A model generated the notes under the pieces. It was not told the origin of the DNA. It worked only from the letters and a program-made list of their open reading frames with translations, and made no database searches. Below are positions 12,101-25,442 of a stretch of DNA of 64,000 bases, one piece after another. Origin of the DNA: Nemertoderma westbladi (Eukaryota > Animalia > Xenacoelomorpha); contig JAUCBJ010000012.1 in assembly GCA_032718475.1 (NCBI GenBank), positions 1 to 64,000 on the forward strand, in the 5' to 3' direction. Numbering within the stretch: position 1 is the first letter of the stretch; each line of letters opens with the position of its first letter. The position numbers and the translations under genes were made by a program.

Positions 12101-13328
12101 GAGCTGTTATTATATTTCATTACAGGTCGAAGCGAGCTGTTTTTGTATTTCATTACATGGGCGAGACGACCAGTTATTGTATTTCATTACATGGGCGTAG
12201 CGAGCTGTTATTGTATTTCATTACATGGCGAGACGAGCTGTTAATCTATTTCATTACATGGGCGAGACGAGCTGTTATTGTATTTCATTACAGGGCGAAG
12301 CGAGCTGTTATTGTATTTCATTACAGTGCGAGACAAGCTGTTATTGTATTTCATTACAGGGGCAAAGCGAGCTGTTAATATATTTCATTACAGGTCGAAG
12401 CGAGCTGTTTTTGTATTTCATTACATGGGCGAGACGACCAGTTATTGTATTTCATTACAGGGGCGAAGCGAGCTTTTATTATATTTCATTACAGGTCGAA
12501 ACGAGCTGTTATTGTATTTGATTACATGGCGAGACGAGCTGTTCATGTATTTCATTACATTGGCGAAACGAGCTGTTATTGTATTTCTTTACAGGGCGAA
12601 GCGAGCTGTTATTGTATTTCATTACAGGTCGAGACGACCAGTTATTGTATTTCATTACAGGTCGAAGCGAGCTGTTATTGTATTTCATTACAGGTCGAAG
12701 CGAGCTGTTATTTTATTTCATTACAAGGGCGAAGCGAGCTGTTATTGTATTTCATTACAAGGGCGAAGCGAGCTGTTATTGTATTTCATTACATGGCGAG
12801 ACGAGCTGTTGATCTATTTCATTACATGGGCGAGACGAGCTGTTATTGTATTTCATTACAGGGCGAAGCGAGCTGTTATTGTATTTAATTACAGTGCGAG
12901 ACGAGCTGTTATTGTATTTCATTACAGGGGCAAAGCGAGCTGTTATTATATTTCATTACAGGTCGAAGCGAGCTGTTTTTGTATTTCATTACATGGGCGA
13001 GACGACCAGTTATTGTATTTCATTACATGGGCGTAGCGAGCTGTTATTGTATTTCATTACATGGCGAGACGAGCTGTTATTGTATTTCTTTACATGGGCG
13101 AGACGAGCTGTTATTATATTTCATTACAGGTCGAAGCGAGCTGTTTTTGTATTTCATTACAAGGGCGAAGCGAGCTGTTATTGCATTTCATTACAGGGGC
13201 GAAGCGAGCTGTTATTGTATTTCATTACATGGGTGAAGCGAGCTGTTATTGTATTTTATTACAGGGTGAGACCAGCTGTTATTGTATTTCATTGCATGGG
13301 CGAGACGGCCTTTTATTGTTTTTTATCA
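9173..13328. repeat. Intronic satellite, 33/34-bp monomer (GAGCTGTTATTGTATTTCATTACA(T)GGGCGAGAC), roughly 120+ copies with higher-order structure
   Basis: Tandem periodicity seen directly; 11-aa repeats (GRDELLLYFIT) in spurious ORFs in all + frames. Confidence 0.97.
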
Positions 13329-13524
13329 CTACTCACACTTACCACTACCGTATTACTCGGCCAAAATTACGAACCATCAAGTGGGCCACATCCCTACCCA
13401 TGGCATCTAGTCTCGAGGGATGGTTTATTTAATTATTTATTTTTATCTTGACAGCAATTTAATTTAATTTGTAACTTAAAAATGAAATATTCGACTCACT
13501 AAACCATGTTTTTTTTATTTGTAG

Positions 13525-13749
13525 AACTCCGGTTTCGTACCCGGAACCGGGTCCGGCTCCGCTTCCCCTTCTCGCACTCCGCGGATGTCCGTCTCCATGG
13601 CTCCGAACTCAGCCGCCTCCAAGTTCGCCGCTCATCGGGAGGAAGCCCGTAGGAAACTCGCCGAGGCCAAACGACTTACTGGCGGCGTCAGACAGCCCCC
13701 CGAACCCCAAATACAGTTCTACATTCCGAAGCCGGGGGCGAAAAGGTGA
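13525..13749 (+). CDS. DLGAP: DLGAP/SAPAP gene, last coding exon
   Basis: tttgtag| acceptor, phase 0; REEARRKLAEAKR...QIQFYIPKPGAKR* resembles the DLGAP1-4 tail (EARKRLMAAKR...IEIYIPEAQTRL). Confidence 0.8.
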   Translation, partial: NSGFVPGTGSGSASPSRTPRMSVSMAPNSAASKFAAHREEARRKLAEAKRLTGGVRQPPEPQIQFYIPKPGAKR

Positions 13750-13849
13750 CGTCATCGGGAACCAACCGGTGACGTCACTGTAGCGGGCAATATTTAACGT
13801 CATTGGTGGACCGTGAAGTGATGTCAGCGGGTGCCAGACAGTGACGTCA
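13747..13849. promoter_or_regulatory. Cluster of five CRE-like palindromes (TGACGTCA x3, TAACGTCA, TGATGTCA) spaced 23-25 bp
   Basis: Motifs start at 13747, 13770, 13795, 13819 and 13842; function not shown. Confidence 0.45.
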
Positions 13850-14151
13850 TCAGGGTTAGGAGGTCTTCCAGCGTTCCTCTAAGTATTCTACATTGTCGAC
13901 CGACACACCCCTTTCCTTTTGAGGTCTTAATGTCTACATATAATGTTAACAATGAATTGGTTCCACTACCGCCTTTCATATATTTCCTGGTTACATCTTC
14001 ACATGAAGGCTCACTTTTGGTGCTATGGGATTTAAATGAACACTTAATCTGTAACCCGAGTACTTAATGATGCGCTTTTTTTACTTCGTGAGTGGGAACA
14101 CCCCACTAAAATGTACTGCATTTAAAATGTTTTACGGTAGTTTTTTTTTTA

Positions 14152-14569
14152 CAGGATTGCCACTCACCTGGAAAATATGGAATTGTTAAGGAATTTCATT
14201 TTGTCTTGAAATGTGGGGGAATTCATGTAACTCGGGCAAGTTGATTTAAACTCGACATGAGTCATAAGTGAAAATTTATTGATAAAATTGTATCTGTTCG
14301 CTTCAATCGCGATTTAATTTACTTACGGTCTCAAGGTTCACTTCATATACCGACGTACTAAATATTATTAGATTAGGAGCACTCTGTTCGCTCGTTTATC
14401 AGTCATTGGTATATTGTTGTGATAGTTCACCGATAGTATTACCAGCTACAGTTTATGTACAGTCTGCCTATCAAGTATATATACACCTTGGTACACCTAC
14501 GCTATGCACGCAGTCAGGAATTTTTTAGAAGTCAGGGAAAATTGAAACAGAAATAAAGTGGCAACCCTG
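14152..14569. mobile_element. Non-autonomous TIR element (CAGGATTGCCAC...GTGGCAACCCTG), TA on both flanks
   Basis: 12-bp near-perfect TIR; no coding capacity. Confidence 0.6.
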
Positions 14570-16479
14570 TAAAACTACCAAATAGATTGTGCGTGGTACA
14601 AAGTGACGTTGTAACCGGCCAAACCACATTATTATCAATTCGAATATAGTAAATCGTAAACAATGTATGACCATCATTCTAATTCGATTATATTATTTAA
14701 ATTGGCCGCCTTTTCTAAATGTATTTTTAACTCTTCTATAGATTGGGGCTATTAATTAATTGTTGCGTGAAATTCTACATTGAAGTTATTCCGTTACGAC
14801 ATTTATGTCATTTAGGTAGTGCGTACTGTACAGGCACACTGAACTGATAATCATAACAAAAAACAATTGTCTTCGTTCCTAAATGATCATTCATCATTCT
14901 AATATAACTAACAATAAAGTAGTTTAATTGTTATTGTATAATCATGAGGTTTTATATGATATGTTGTAATAAAACGACTTTCCAGTTGTCGTTTTGTCGA
15001 AATGGTTAACAATAACTTTTATTTTCTGTCAATTTGAGACTAGATAATTATTCATTAGTACGAATTCCCCTTTATCACTTGATTTACTTGCTGTGGTGGC
15101 CACCAACGTTTGGTTTTAGTTAACGAGTAGCCCTATTTTACGGAGCCACTCAAGAGGACAAGAATTCCTCGGTTTTTTTCACACTAAATCGATTACCGGT
15201 ATTGACAACGGAAAACAAGCGAGGATGTTATGACCCTTGGGCGCCTCTGTTCTGTTTTGTAGTCCCACATTCATCAGTATTATTAATGATCGGCCCGGCC
15301 CGACTGATCTCTTTTTTTGCAATTTTTAATGTTATTAATATTATTTTATTTTTTACTTGTAAAGTTAAGTAATACGTTTGATTTGAATATGATTTCGATT
15401 TCATAAACACATTTATTATTCATCATGTATATTATATGATTTGTTTCTTACTTTTGCTGTTCACACTTCTTAGCCATTTGTCAGAAAGACTTTTACTGGT
15501 TATATTTCCTTGTATTGTTTTATTTCACCTTGTATTTCTTATTGTTATAATGTACTTCATGGACTGCATTCCTATTGGTAAATACGTTTATTTTTGTTTT
15601 CTTGATCTAATGATTAGATGATCAGCTTTCCTATTTTAAGTTACGCCGCTTATTTTGATAAAAACTCTTGAAGGGTCTTATTTTGACTTTCCAATTTGAT
15701 TTATTTTTGAGTTTAGATTTAGATCCTTCAACTTTTGTCGTAAATTATTTGGTGCAATGTGGTCACTAATAATGTACTATATAAATATTAATTAGTCGTG
15801 TTTAGATGCACAAGTCACTTCAAATACGGTGTTTATTTATCATTTAATTAATTTGACGGGCAAAGTTTTCCCAAAGTAAACCAATGACCATATTGAATTG
15901 TACCGGTAGTACAACTAACAGACTAACAACACTAACTACATTAATTATGGACAAAATTTACACTAAATTCGATTTATTTCAAAAGATTACAACTTTTAAT
16001 TAAATTGGTGTCATCGTATTTCGTTTAAAAACTAACATGTCGCACATCAGCTTTCCTGCGTTTTTTTATGACTCATCACGTATAAAACACGAAATCCTTT
16101 TATATTTTTTCCATTGGATTTTTCCATTGGTTTTTTTTGTATTGTATTGTTGTATCTGTGATAAATAATTAGGCAATATGACCTGATTATCTGTTTCGTT
16201 AGTTTTAACCCATTAGTGAATGAATTTAATTTATTAATTATTTATATATAATGTGTAACGGAACATTTTAGTTAATTATCTAATTAAGTACTCAATTATT
16301 TTATGTTTATTCTAACGATTGTTAATTAAATTCTAGTTAAATAATTATTGTGCTTCGCAAACAATTATACTTTATATCTGGAAAGCCCAATGGAAACCCC
16401 AACAGTATCGACTCGTTACATTGTTGTACCTCACTCAGATCTCAACTCAATCATAATCTGTACCGCGTTGCGGACGGGA

Positions 16480-19400
16480 TAGTCCAGGAGAAATGGGGTC
16501 GAACCATAAAGAAGGGTACGGACGCAATTTTTTTGGCTTAAATTATAGTATGGGGGCGGAGTAACACAAAACAGGCCATAAAAACTTCTGAGACCTTGAG
16601 CAATTTTTTTTATGCAACTTATTAATTGAGAGTTAACATTGCATTTTAAACTCTATTTCAGCGATAGTTTTACGTACATAGTCATAGTGGTCGGTATATG
16701 TGTTTGAACTGCCAGAATCTCTGCATGTCCAACATAGTTTACAGTTGTAAATTACAATCCTTGTTACTATAGCAACGGGCTTGAGGATAATATTGCAAGA
16801 ATGACTGGACCTCCTCTACTCCAAATACAGGAGTATAGCTAACTAGATCAAGAATGATCAGCATTACAAAATCCTTGTCACCATAGCAACGGGTCATGAT
16901 AACTGGTTTGTAGAAAATATGGCATATACTTTTCAATTATGAACAACCCATTTGGTCAACCCATTTGAATATGGAGTGGTATAGCAGTTTATATAGAAAC
17001 ATGAATATAATACGTCACAACGAGAGATTTGTGAACATAGTTTTGACCTGTTGTAAATGCTTTTTTGCCATTTTGTTTTGTTCTGTTTGATTATGTTTTT
17101 TTATCTTTATTTAATATAATTATATAATAACATAATAATAAATACATAAATGACAACAGTATTATTTAATAATTGAAACTGCAGATTATAAAATTGCCCA
17201 TTGATGTTTATCACTGCTTCTATATGTGTAATTATTGTGCATTTATAGCTGAAGTGTAAGTATTTCTAAGGATGTTGTATGATACTCCAACATTCATATT
17301 CAATTTCGGCGGAAATGACTTAATCTTTCCTCGAAAAAGAAGAACCTCTGGAGTGTTGAGTTTGAAAGCATTTAATTCAGTTTTTGAAATTCGAGGTATA
17401 ATCATTTCTGGTATGAAATTATTTTCCTTACTAATTTGGGCTAATTCAATGACCATCGTATGTGACTCTCTGCATCCATTAGGAGTGTAAACTTGGAGAT
17501 CGAAATTATCGCACCAAGAATTTATTACCTTTGTGCCCACGAATCTATTGTTGCAATTGTAATCTCCTTTGCTGCCAAACACGGCCGCAGATTTGCGGAA
17601 ACGTAATACTTAGTCATAGCTTGTCATGTATCCACTTGAGTGCAACAGGTCAATCAGTTCTCTAGAACCAAAATGATGGTGAACTTGTAATGCCAAGCCT
17701 AGTGTAGTTTGATTATATTTTAGCAATAAGGGATTAATTGTGAAATGCAAATTGATTCTTTATAAATATTACCATACGAAACTTATCGTGATATATTAAT
17801 GAGAGTAATGAACTGCTTGTGGATGATATCATGTTGTTGTATGATAATGTATTTGAATTATTGTAGAACTTGCGATGAGATTCATCTTCAAGTTGCTTTT
17901 TATTTCAGACGTTATTTTTTGGACTAAGGAGTTAATATTACTGTTAATATTATTGGTTGAGGGACATTGATCTGCTTTCAGTGGAAATTGAAGCCTTGTT
18001 TTAAAACAAAGAACACTTGCACGCCTTCTGCATGCAGTACAAAAATCTTATCACCAAAATGAGCTTGAATTTTATTGATTAGATTTGTGCGTTGACTGCC
18101 TTGTAGAGCTGTGACGCTGTCTTCTTCTGTACCAAATGAATGGAGCGAAGATATACTGTATATATGCCGAATATCTCACTAGAATCCCAAATTTTAATTT
18201 GGTCTTTTTCAAGTTTCTCGAACATTTTTATGAAGGGCTTCTCGCTCGGTTTCTCCAGCCTAACATCTTTTTTTTCTTCTATATCTTCTTTTTCTTCTCA
18301 AGGCCGCCATTGAGTTCCTTTTACCAGTGAAGGGTGAAGGCTTTATAGCAATCATTCTGAAACTTCGCGCCACTTGTAATGACATCACCACAAACGGAAC
18401 CTAAGCGAAATTCGACCTTTCCTGCAAGTTCATCTACTCGAAGCCCTCGTAATTTACATATTCGTAGGAGTTCATCCTGCACCTCGACCGTCTCACACTC
18501 AACTACTCTTCTCCATCGTCCGGTATTCTTTGGATCTTTGTTGGAACATTTCTCACCGCAAATAATACAACTCCTGTTAAAATCAAAGTTTTCACTGGAT
18601 CGCAACCGTTTAGGAGCTTTGATACCATCACCACTTCCACTTTGAGATGGCATATTTTCGCAATATTTTTTAATAAGAAATATCACAGAATTGTTCTAGA
18701 ACAATAGTTTACAAACACATTACACAAAATTTTTTATTTAAAAACAAATATTTATTTTTCTGGAACATTTTTAAAAACACAATATTATTTATTATTATGC
18801 GTTAAATTGCGATGCAATAAATTGTGTGTTTTTCCATATTTAAAAAGTAACAATTAATAATTCATAAATAAGACAAAAGAAAATATGATTTTTAAAACTA
18901 CTAGCTAGTACAAAAATACTAGCCCATTACAATACCCTTGTAAAATACTACCACATTTCCAAAACGTAACTGTTTGATGTAAAACATCTCTTTGTAAAGA
19001 AAAAAATGATATTTAAAATTTTGAAAAATAGCTATTTTTATTAAAAAGTGTAAAAAAATATTTTTTCTAGAAAAAGGTTTTATTTAGATAAATAGCTTAG
19101 CTTATATTAGAATATAGAATAGATCTAGAATATAATACTAGTTTTAGTAATATATTCTAGAACATTAAAAAAAAGTAGTGGAACATTAAAAAAAAGTTAC
19201 TATAAATCCTGAAAAGTGAGCATATATACTATACTATAATGCCGTTAGTTAGAGGCACTACTGGAGGAAGGGCGATCTATACAGACAACACACTTCCCCC
19301 TATATGAAAATGATAATGGTTAAAACAAAAAATTACACACCATTCCCGTACCGGTAGTGTATTTTAAGTATTAATTTTCAGTGACAATTACTGCTTACTA

Positions 19401-19653
19401 TTAAACTTACACTATAAAACTACTCTGGAACATTTTCTATCACAATTGCTCTCAAAACGGCATTAACAAAGTTCTTGTTGCTCTGAGCGAAAGTGCACAC
19501 TTAAAATTCCAATAAAAAAAATTGCTCAAACTAATTGTTCCGGAAATCGCTCGATTTCGTATTGGGACATTACAAACTATCATTCAAAGAAAAAAAATTG
19601 CGTCCGTACGCTACTTTTGTTGTATTAGGTGACTAAGGGCGTCTCCTGGACTA
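16480..19653 (-). mobile_element. Academ-like DNA transposon, internally deleted and decayed
   Basis: 12-bp TIR TAGTCCAGGAGA/TCTCCTGGACTA, subterminal IR gtacggacgcaattttttt, 3-bp TSD GGA. TAG..CTA ends with a 3-bp TSD fit Academ as I recall it; superfamily not verified by search. Confidence 0.6.
17232..18653 (-). pseudogene. Fragmented Academ-type transposase
   Basis: Remnant motifs CIICG, GDVITSGAKFQNDCY, GLALQVHHHFGSRELIDLLH and WCDNFDLQ, broken by stops and frameshifts. Confidence 0.55.
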
Positions 19654-19909
19654 GGACATAGGTCAAAAAAAGTTTTCAGAAAGTTTAATATTCCAGTACT
19701 AAAATATTGTTATATAATACTAGTATGTTGTTTTAAAGTTTCCAAGCAATAGCACTTGTGGTTTTTAAAATACAGCATTTTAAATCTGGTTGTCTGTCAT
19801 TGTTGCGGATGGGACAAAGCCATGTCATTGTGCTGATACATTATGTTTGCACATAAGATACACCGATGTTTTGAGTTAAGAAACTAACAACAATGTTTAA
19901 GCATTCATT

Positions 19910-19962
19910 CAACCCAACGCTATATGTACGTTTCGGCCTAACAGGCCTCATCAATGGCGCTA
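19910..19962 (-). ncRNA. Degenerate minimal hammerhead ribozyme motif, probably the end of a Penelope-like element
   Basis: Minus strand reads TTGATGA-GGCCT-GTT-AGGCC-GAAAC-GTACATATAGC-GT; C3 is U and the cleavage triplet is imperfect. Confidence 0.5.
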
Positions 19963-21532
19963 ACCTGCTCAGCCACTTCCCTCCTGTTTCACTCTAGCAT
20001 ACTTGAGGCCGTTAGGTCCACTGTTAGAGATAGAATATATGGAACTTAAGACTGTCCGTTCAATAGAAGTGGATTAGTTGGGATAACATAATTTATGTCA
20101 TTTTTACATTTATTTATACAGCAACTAATATAATTTATGCAGTTTCTATCACTTACAGTATAATATATTTACAATCATTTCGTAATGTTAAAATTTTGCA
20201 ATAAAACTACATACATATACTTGTTGCAAAGTACTTACAGTGTTCTGATCCTCGTGGCTTTATTTGTTGTTCGTGTAACAACAAAGCCACTCGGATCATT
20301 ACACTGTAAAGTGCTACTTTACACACAAGTACTGTTTGTAAATAGTTATAAATATAGTAATTAATATTAAATCTGTAAAGTTCATATATCTAACAAAACG
20401 TGTATACCAGTGTAGTATACACTACACTACACTTGTACAAATATAATTAATTGTAAGCAAATGCAACGGCACCGAAATATGGGCCGCTACAGTATCAATC
20501 ACTAGCGGCCTTGGTTCTTCTGTGGTCAGTATGAAATGATTGACAGAACTTTGATTCATGTAGATTTTATCCTGATATCTGATCCTGATAGAAATAAAAA
20601 GTACGGTATTATATAAAGTGATAATATAAAATACCTAAATAATAATAGGCCTATAAAGTAATTATAAAATAATGAAATTTGTTTTGCATCTTTAAACAAA
20701 TAATAAAATAATACATAGAATAGAAACTAAATAACGTCACCTGATAACGAAGGACTTCAAAAGGACATAACGAAAGGAACTACATAATTTAGAAACACAA
20801 AAAATATAGAAAATAATTCATGAAAGCAACCGATAATTGAGAAACTAATACCAGAAATAGATTCTCCATATTTTTTACCCCAGGATGTGTATGTTTATCA
20901 TTCAAACTGGGTATGTTTATCATTCAAACTGGTTACCAGTAACAAAAACAACGGGTATAACTTTTCGCCGTATATGGTTAATAGGTACTGCACTATTGGC
21001 GCATCCCGGGGCTGGTGGACACCGGCTGTCACTCACCGTCAACTATCAGACAGTCAGAATATAGGCCTAAACAGTCTGACAGTTGGAAATGTGCTACCGC
21101 CTACCAGTTTCCAGTCTTTACAGCAGTACAGGGGGGCAGGAGGGGGAAAATTTCCTAAAGGTGGGGCATAATTTCCTACAGTTCTAGGAAAAAATTGCCC
21201 GGGGGGGCATAATTTCCTAAGGAAAAAATTCCCGGGGGGGGGGGGGGGGGGCTGATTTCCCTGTGACACCAGTCCAATTGCCAATTGAACATCGCCATTT
21301 AAAATATTATTCGAGTATAGAGTATTAGTCTGTTAGTTGATTGTCTACTTACAGTCTGACAGTGCAGTAGGTGGTAGGTAGGTACCGGTGTAGTCGTAGT
21401 GCAGTTGTCTAGTACCGTACTGGCACTACTGGCTGACTGGCACGGCAGTAGTACCTACTCAACTGATACTCAGATACTGTGATACTGACTCTGACTGTCT
21501 GACACTCTGACAGTGGTCAAATTAACAGTATG

Positions 21533-22402
21533 TGCTACTTTGGTTAGGTGGATATGATGACTATTGACTAGGATTCATAGAAATATAATAAAAAGTCTTT
21601 CTGGAATTTTTATCTTGTAGTTGCAAAGGTGCAAGGTAACCGGGTGCAAAGTTCAAACTTTGTGTGCCTGTAATTCAAGACGATGACGGATTCTGTAATT
21701 GAGATTTGGTTGGTGAGTAAAGGGAATAATCAGGTCTATCAGATTATTTTACATTTGAATTTGTTTACATACCCGTTGCCATGGTAATAAGTACAATGAC
21801 AAATCTGAATAAAAGTCTACCAAATCTATAAAACACCATTTTTATTCGGTTTGTCAGTCAAAATAGTAAGTTAAAATTGCCAACATTTTATTTTATAAAT
21901 AGTATATAAATTGTGAATGACAGTTCTGCAGTTAAGAGTGTCAAAATGTGACAATAATCAAAACTGTCCAATAAGAGAGAAAGACTTTTGACAGCATGAT
22001 TTTTACATTCCAGATTATTAAATTTCGGTTTGCAATTATTAGAAACAAAGGACAGCCACCAGGCATGTCAGGTGCAAATGAAATAGATAGTAAATAGTAT
22101 CAAAATTTCTCACTGGCGGTCATAATGGCAAATTATCGTAATACCCATCACCATCACCATGGAAACAGGATTGAAAAAAAAAATTTAATGTAAAATATTC
22201 TGACTGTCTGATAGACTTTTATTTACTTTACTCACCCCATCAAATCTCAAGAACAGAATCCCTCGTCGTCTTGTATTACGGGCGCGCAAAGTTTGAACGT
22301 TGCACCCGGTTACCTTGGCAACTACAAGATAAAAATTCCAGAAACACTTTTTATTACATTTCTATAAACCCTAGTCATCATATCCACCTAACAAAAGTAG
22401 CA
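21533..22402. mobile_element. Foldback/MITE with ~200-bp imperfect terminal inverted repeats
   Basis: 21533-21725 is the reverse complement of ~22225-22402 (e.g. caaggtaaccgggtgcaa / ttgcacccggttaccttg). Confidence 0.75.
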
Positions 22403-22705
22403 TAAAATAAATTCCTAGGGAAATATTATGATAAAAGTGCCATAAATATGGAAAAGATCGGCCCACGCTAATTTCAGGAATCCGCTCGCTGCATGACCTG
22501 TTATTTAGTACACCTTGATACTACCGTACTGTACTTGTACTAGAACCGGTATTGTATTAATTATAAAACTTAAGTAGATAATACAACCAACCGCAGGGTG
22601 CGTGGTGCGTGATCCTGTCAATTAATAATAATAATAATAAATTGAAGTAAATAATAAAGAGACCAATATACCGCTGTTTTTAGAAAGATATATTTATTTC
22701 GCAAA

Positions 22706-23904
22706 TTTTCGAGTTGGCATTACTCTTAATCATGCTATTATTGTAGGGCCTAGTTAAATTATAGTAAATGTTTGTTTCTAGGAAACTACACATTTTAAAA
22801 TTATATTATATTTAAAATGTTTTACATTGCGAGTCTCATGGATCAAAGGCTTGTAGACCATATTAGTTAACAACTGCTTCATTTATTGAGTTCATCCCGT
22901 ATGGTTCTAAAGTATTCAGTTGACAGGTTGACGACATTGCAAGTGAGGGATTCTGGCTATGTCAACTGAATAGTTTCACTTTAGAACCATACGGGGTGAA
23001 CTCAATAAATGAAGCAGTTGTTAACTCATACCATACGGTCTACAAGCCTTTGATCCATCTTACTGTCTTAGAGAGACTCGTACTGTAAATCATTTTTATT
23101 CCAAAATTGTAACATTACTCAATGCCGTTAGTATTAACAGCGAGTTGTTATTTAACACTTTACAACTTTAGAGGACTTTACAGCATTGTATTGGCCTGTA
23201 CGTACATTTAGTATTGTAATTGGTGTTATTGTTTACGTGGTACTGGTAACCAATGACGGCGTTAAGTTATGTCCTCTAACAGAATGGGACATTAATTAAC
23301 GCCGTCATTGATTACCACTTTAACAATAACACCAAATACAATATTAAATATACAGGCCAATACAATGCTGTAATATCGTCTAAAGTTTTTGCCTGACAGC
23401 CAGATAGGCCTACTGCATTACATACAGGTAGGCGGGGTATAGCTATTAATAACCAGTAGCTAAATGATTAACATGGCTCCAAACGCCACCATAAATATAA
23501 GCTAACTTATTTATAACATAATTTATGTCATTTTTACATTTATTTATACAGCATCTAATATAATTTGTGCAGTTTCTATCACTTATAAGTTATAATGTAT
23601 ATGTACAATCATTTTGTAATGTTACAATTTTGGAATAAAACTACATACAATATACCGTAAATACTTGTTGCAAAGTAGGTACTTTGCAGTGTGATGATAC
23701 GAGTGGCTTTGTTACACGAACGAACGTTAGTGAGTGAGTGAAAATAAAGCCACGAGGATCAGAACTACTCACACAAGTACCAGTATGTGAATAGTTATAT
23801 ACCCACCGGTATAATATAAGTTTAAAATGTGTTGTTTCTAAGAAACTAACATTTACTATAACTTAGCTACAATAATAGCATGTAAGAGTAATCCAACTCG
23901 AAAA
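22706..23904. mobile_element. Nested MITE cluster: outer IR (~22706-22806 / 23812-23904) enclosing palindromic MITEs at ~22830-23080 and ~23164-23387
   Basis: Reverse-complement arms seen directly for all three. Confidence 0.7.
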
Positions 23905-24736
23905 ATAATAATAATAATTAAATAGGCCTATATATATTATTGTATATATATTATATATTTATTTATTTCATATATATATTGGTATTTACAATGTTCTAGA
24001 ACAAGTCTCCTTGATATTAGCCTATACATTCAAATTAACAACACAATATGATGCCATAAATTTTCCAAAAATTGGCCCCAGGCCACACTAATGCCGAAAG
24101 GGACGGTCCCCAAAGCGAAAGTAATGAAGTACCGGTAACGAGATCCCCTCTTTAATCATACTATTACGTAGCTATTCATACATAAACGAAATGTTCTAGA
24201 ATACCGGTATGGTGTTTTTTATTAATATAATAAAATAGCCTCCCTCAAGTGCAAAACCTTGCAACATTTGAACGTATCTCAGCTATTTACAATGAAATTC
24301 TGATTGTATTACATACCGGTATTTGGAATTGTTTTGCAGCCACATTTCCATCAGTAAAAAAACCAATCGCGATAAGGTTCAAGAATAACTGCAATGTAAC
24401 TAGTGAAATACATTTCAGCATTTTTCAAACGCTTGTAGATAAGAATGAGAGCCAAAATAAAATTTTCCACTCTCTCAGCCAGGAGGAGTTATGTGAAACT
24501 ATCTCTCTTTCAAATTTCATGCAATCTCATAAAGATTTGTATACTTTTTTTTTGGTGGGGGGGGGGGGGGGGGGGCATGTACCAGACAGCCAGAGTCAGA
24601 AAAACGACATTATATTCCAGGACATTGGTGTAGGCAAGTAGGCCAACTTTATTAATTAATACAATCAATGTTCTATATTATCCTGTTAGGTGTGTAGCTG
24701 TAGAGATCAGATCACATATTCATATTGTAAGCAATT

Positions 24737-25045
24737 ATGCCGCATCAGAAGGTGATTATTGGAGGAGTTATACGAGAGAAAGTCCAGCATAATATTCTGG
24801 ACATAGCAAATGTAGTAAAAGAAACTGTGAAATCCTCAAATTGTTCAGAAATGCTCGTGCAGTCATCGAAAACATTCGCAGCTAACGAAATACGAATTTT
24901 TGAGTGTGAAAAAACTTTAAAGAAAATGGGAGTCTTAGTCACACATTTGGGGTTTCAGTTGGAGTCAGTTAAGAGGAATATGGAGGATGTTAGCGGAGTA
25001 AATGATCAAATTAAAGCCATAATAAAAACAGAATCTGGAGAATAG
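24737..25045 (+). CDS. BORCS7: BLOC-1-related complex subunit 7 (102 aa, single coding exon)
   Basis: IREKV...SSNCSEMLVQSSKTF...EKTLKKMGVLVTHLGFQLESVKRN aligns by eye with human BORCS7 (LTEKV...SRSSELLGQAARNM...EDSLRKMAIITTHLQYQQEAIQKN); AATAAA at 25059. Confidence 0.85.
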   Translation: MPHQKVIIGGVIREKVQHNILDIANVVKETVKSSNCSEMLVQSSKTFAANEIRIFECEKTLKKMGVLVTHLGFQLESVKRNMEDVSGVNDQIKAIIKTESGE

Positions 25046-25244
25046 GCCTAATACGAGTAATAAAGTTTACCAGATTCATGAACGGACGGGTCAGCGGTTT
25101 AAATTTTTATTTCATTCTCCTGATACATTTTAATTAGATTCTGCAAAAATGTGAACTATTTTTATAACAACATCACATCGAGCATCTGGAGAATTTCAGT
25201 ACCAAAAGTAACCAGATACGGTGGCGTGATAGGTGATGGAATTA

Positions 25245-25442
25245 CTGCGAGGGGCGGTGATATAATGGCTGTGAGGGGCGGTGACATAATTGCTGTGAGG
25301 GGCGGTGACATAATTGCTGCGAATGGTCGACACAGATTAGAAAAATAATGATCTTAAGATGTCTGTTAGGTCTGTTCCTGAGTTCCAGTTCGCTGAATCC
25401 CGCTGTGAGTTTTATCTAAACGAACGGTGAACGGGGCGGTGA
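25245..25442 (+). promoter_or_regulatory. GC boxes (GGGGCGG): three in a 21-bp tandem repeat plus one at ~25433; likely SRSF2 promoter
   Basis: gaggggcggtga repeated three times in an otherwise AT-rich background, upstream of SRSF2. Confidence 0.5.

Noticed and set aside
9147-13451. Many overlapping long ORFs; CRISPR-like regular repeats
   Set aside because: Tandem satellite with no unique spacers and no cas genes, in a eukaryotic intron; the ORFs are stop-free repeat translations.
20440-20585. Possible minus-strand exon (MNQSSVNHFILTTEEPRPL...), faintly like the MOCS2B N-terminus
   Set aside because: Weak similarity, no convincing donor and no further exons found.
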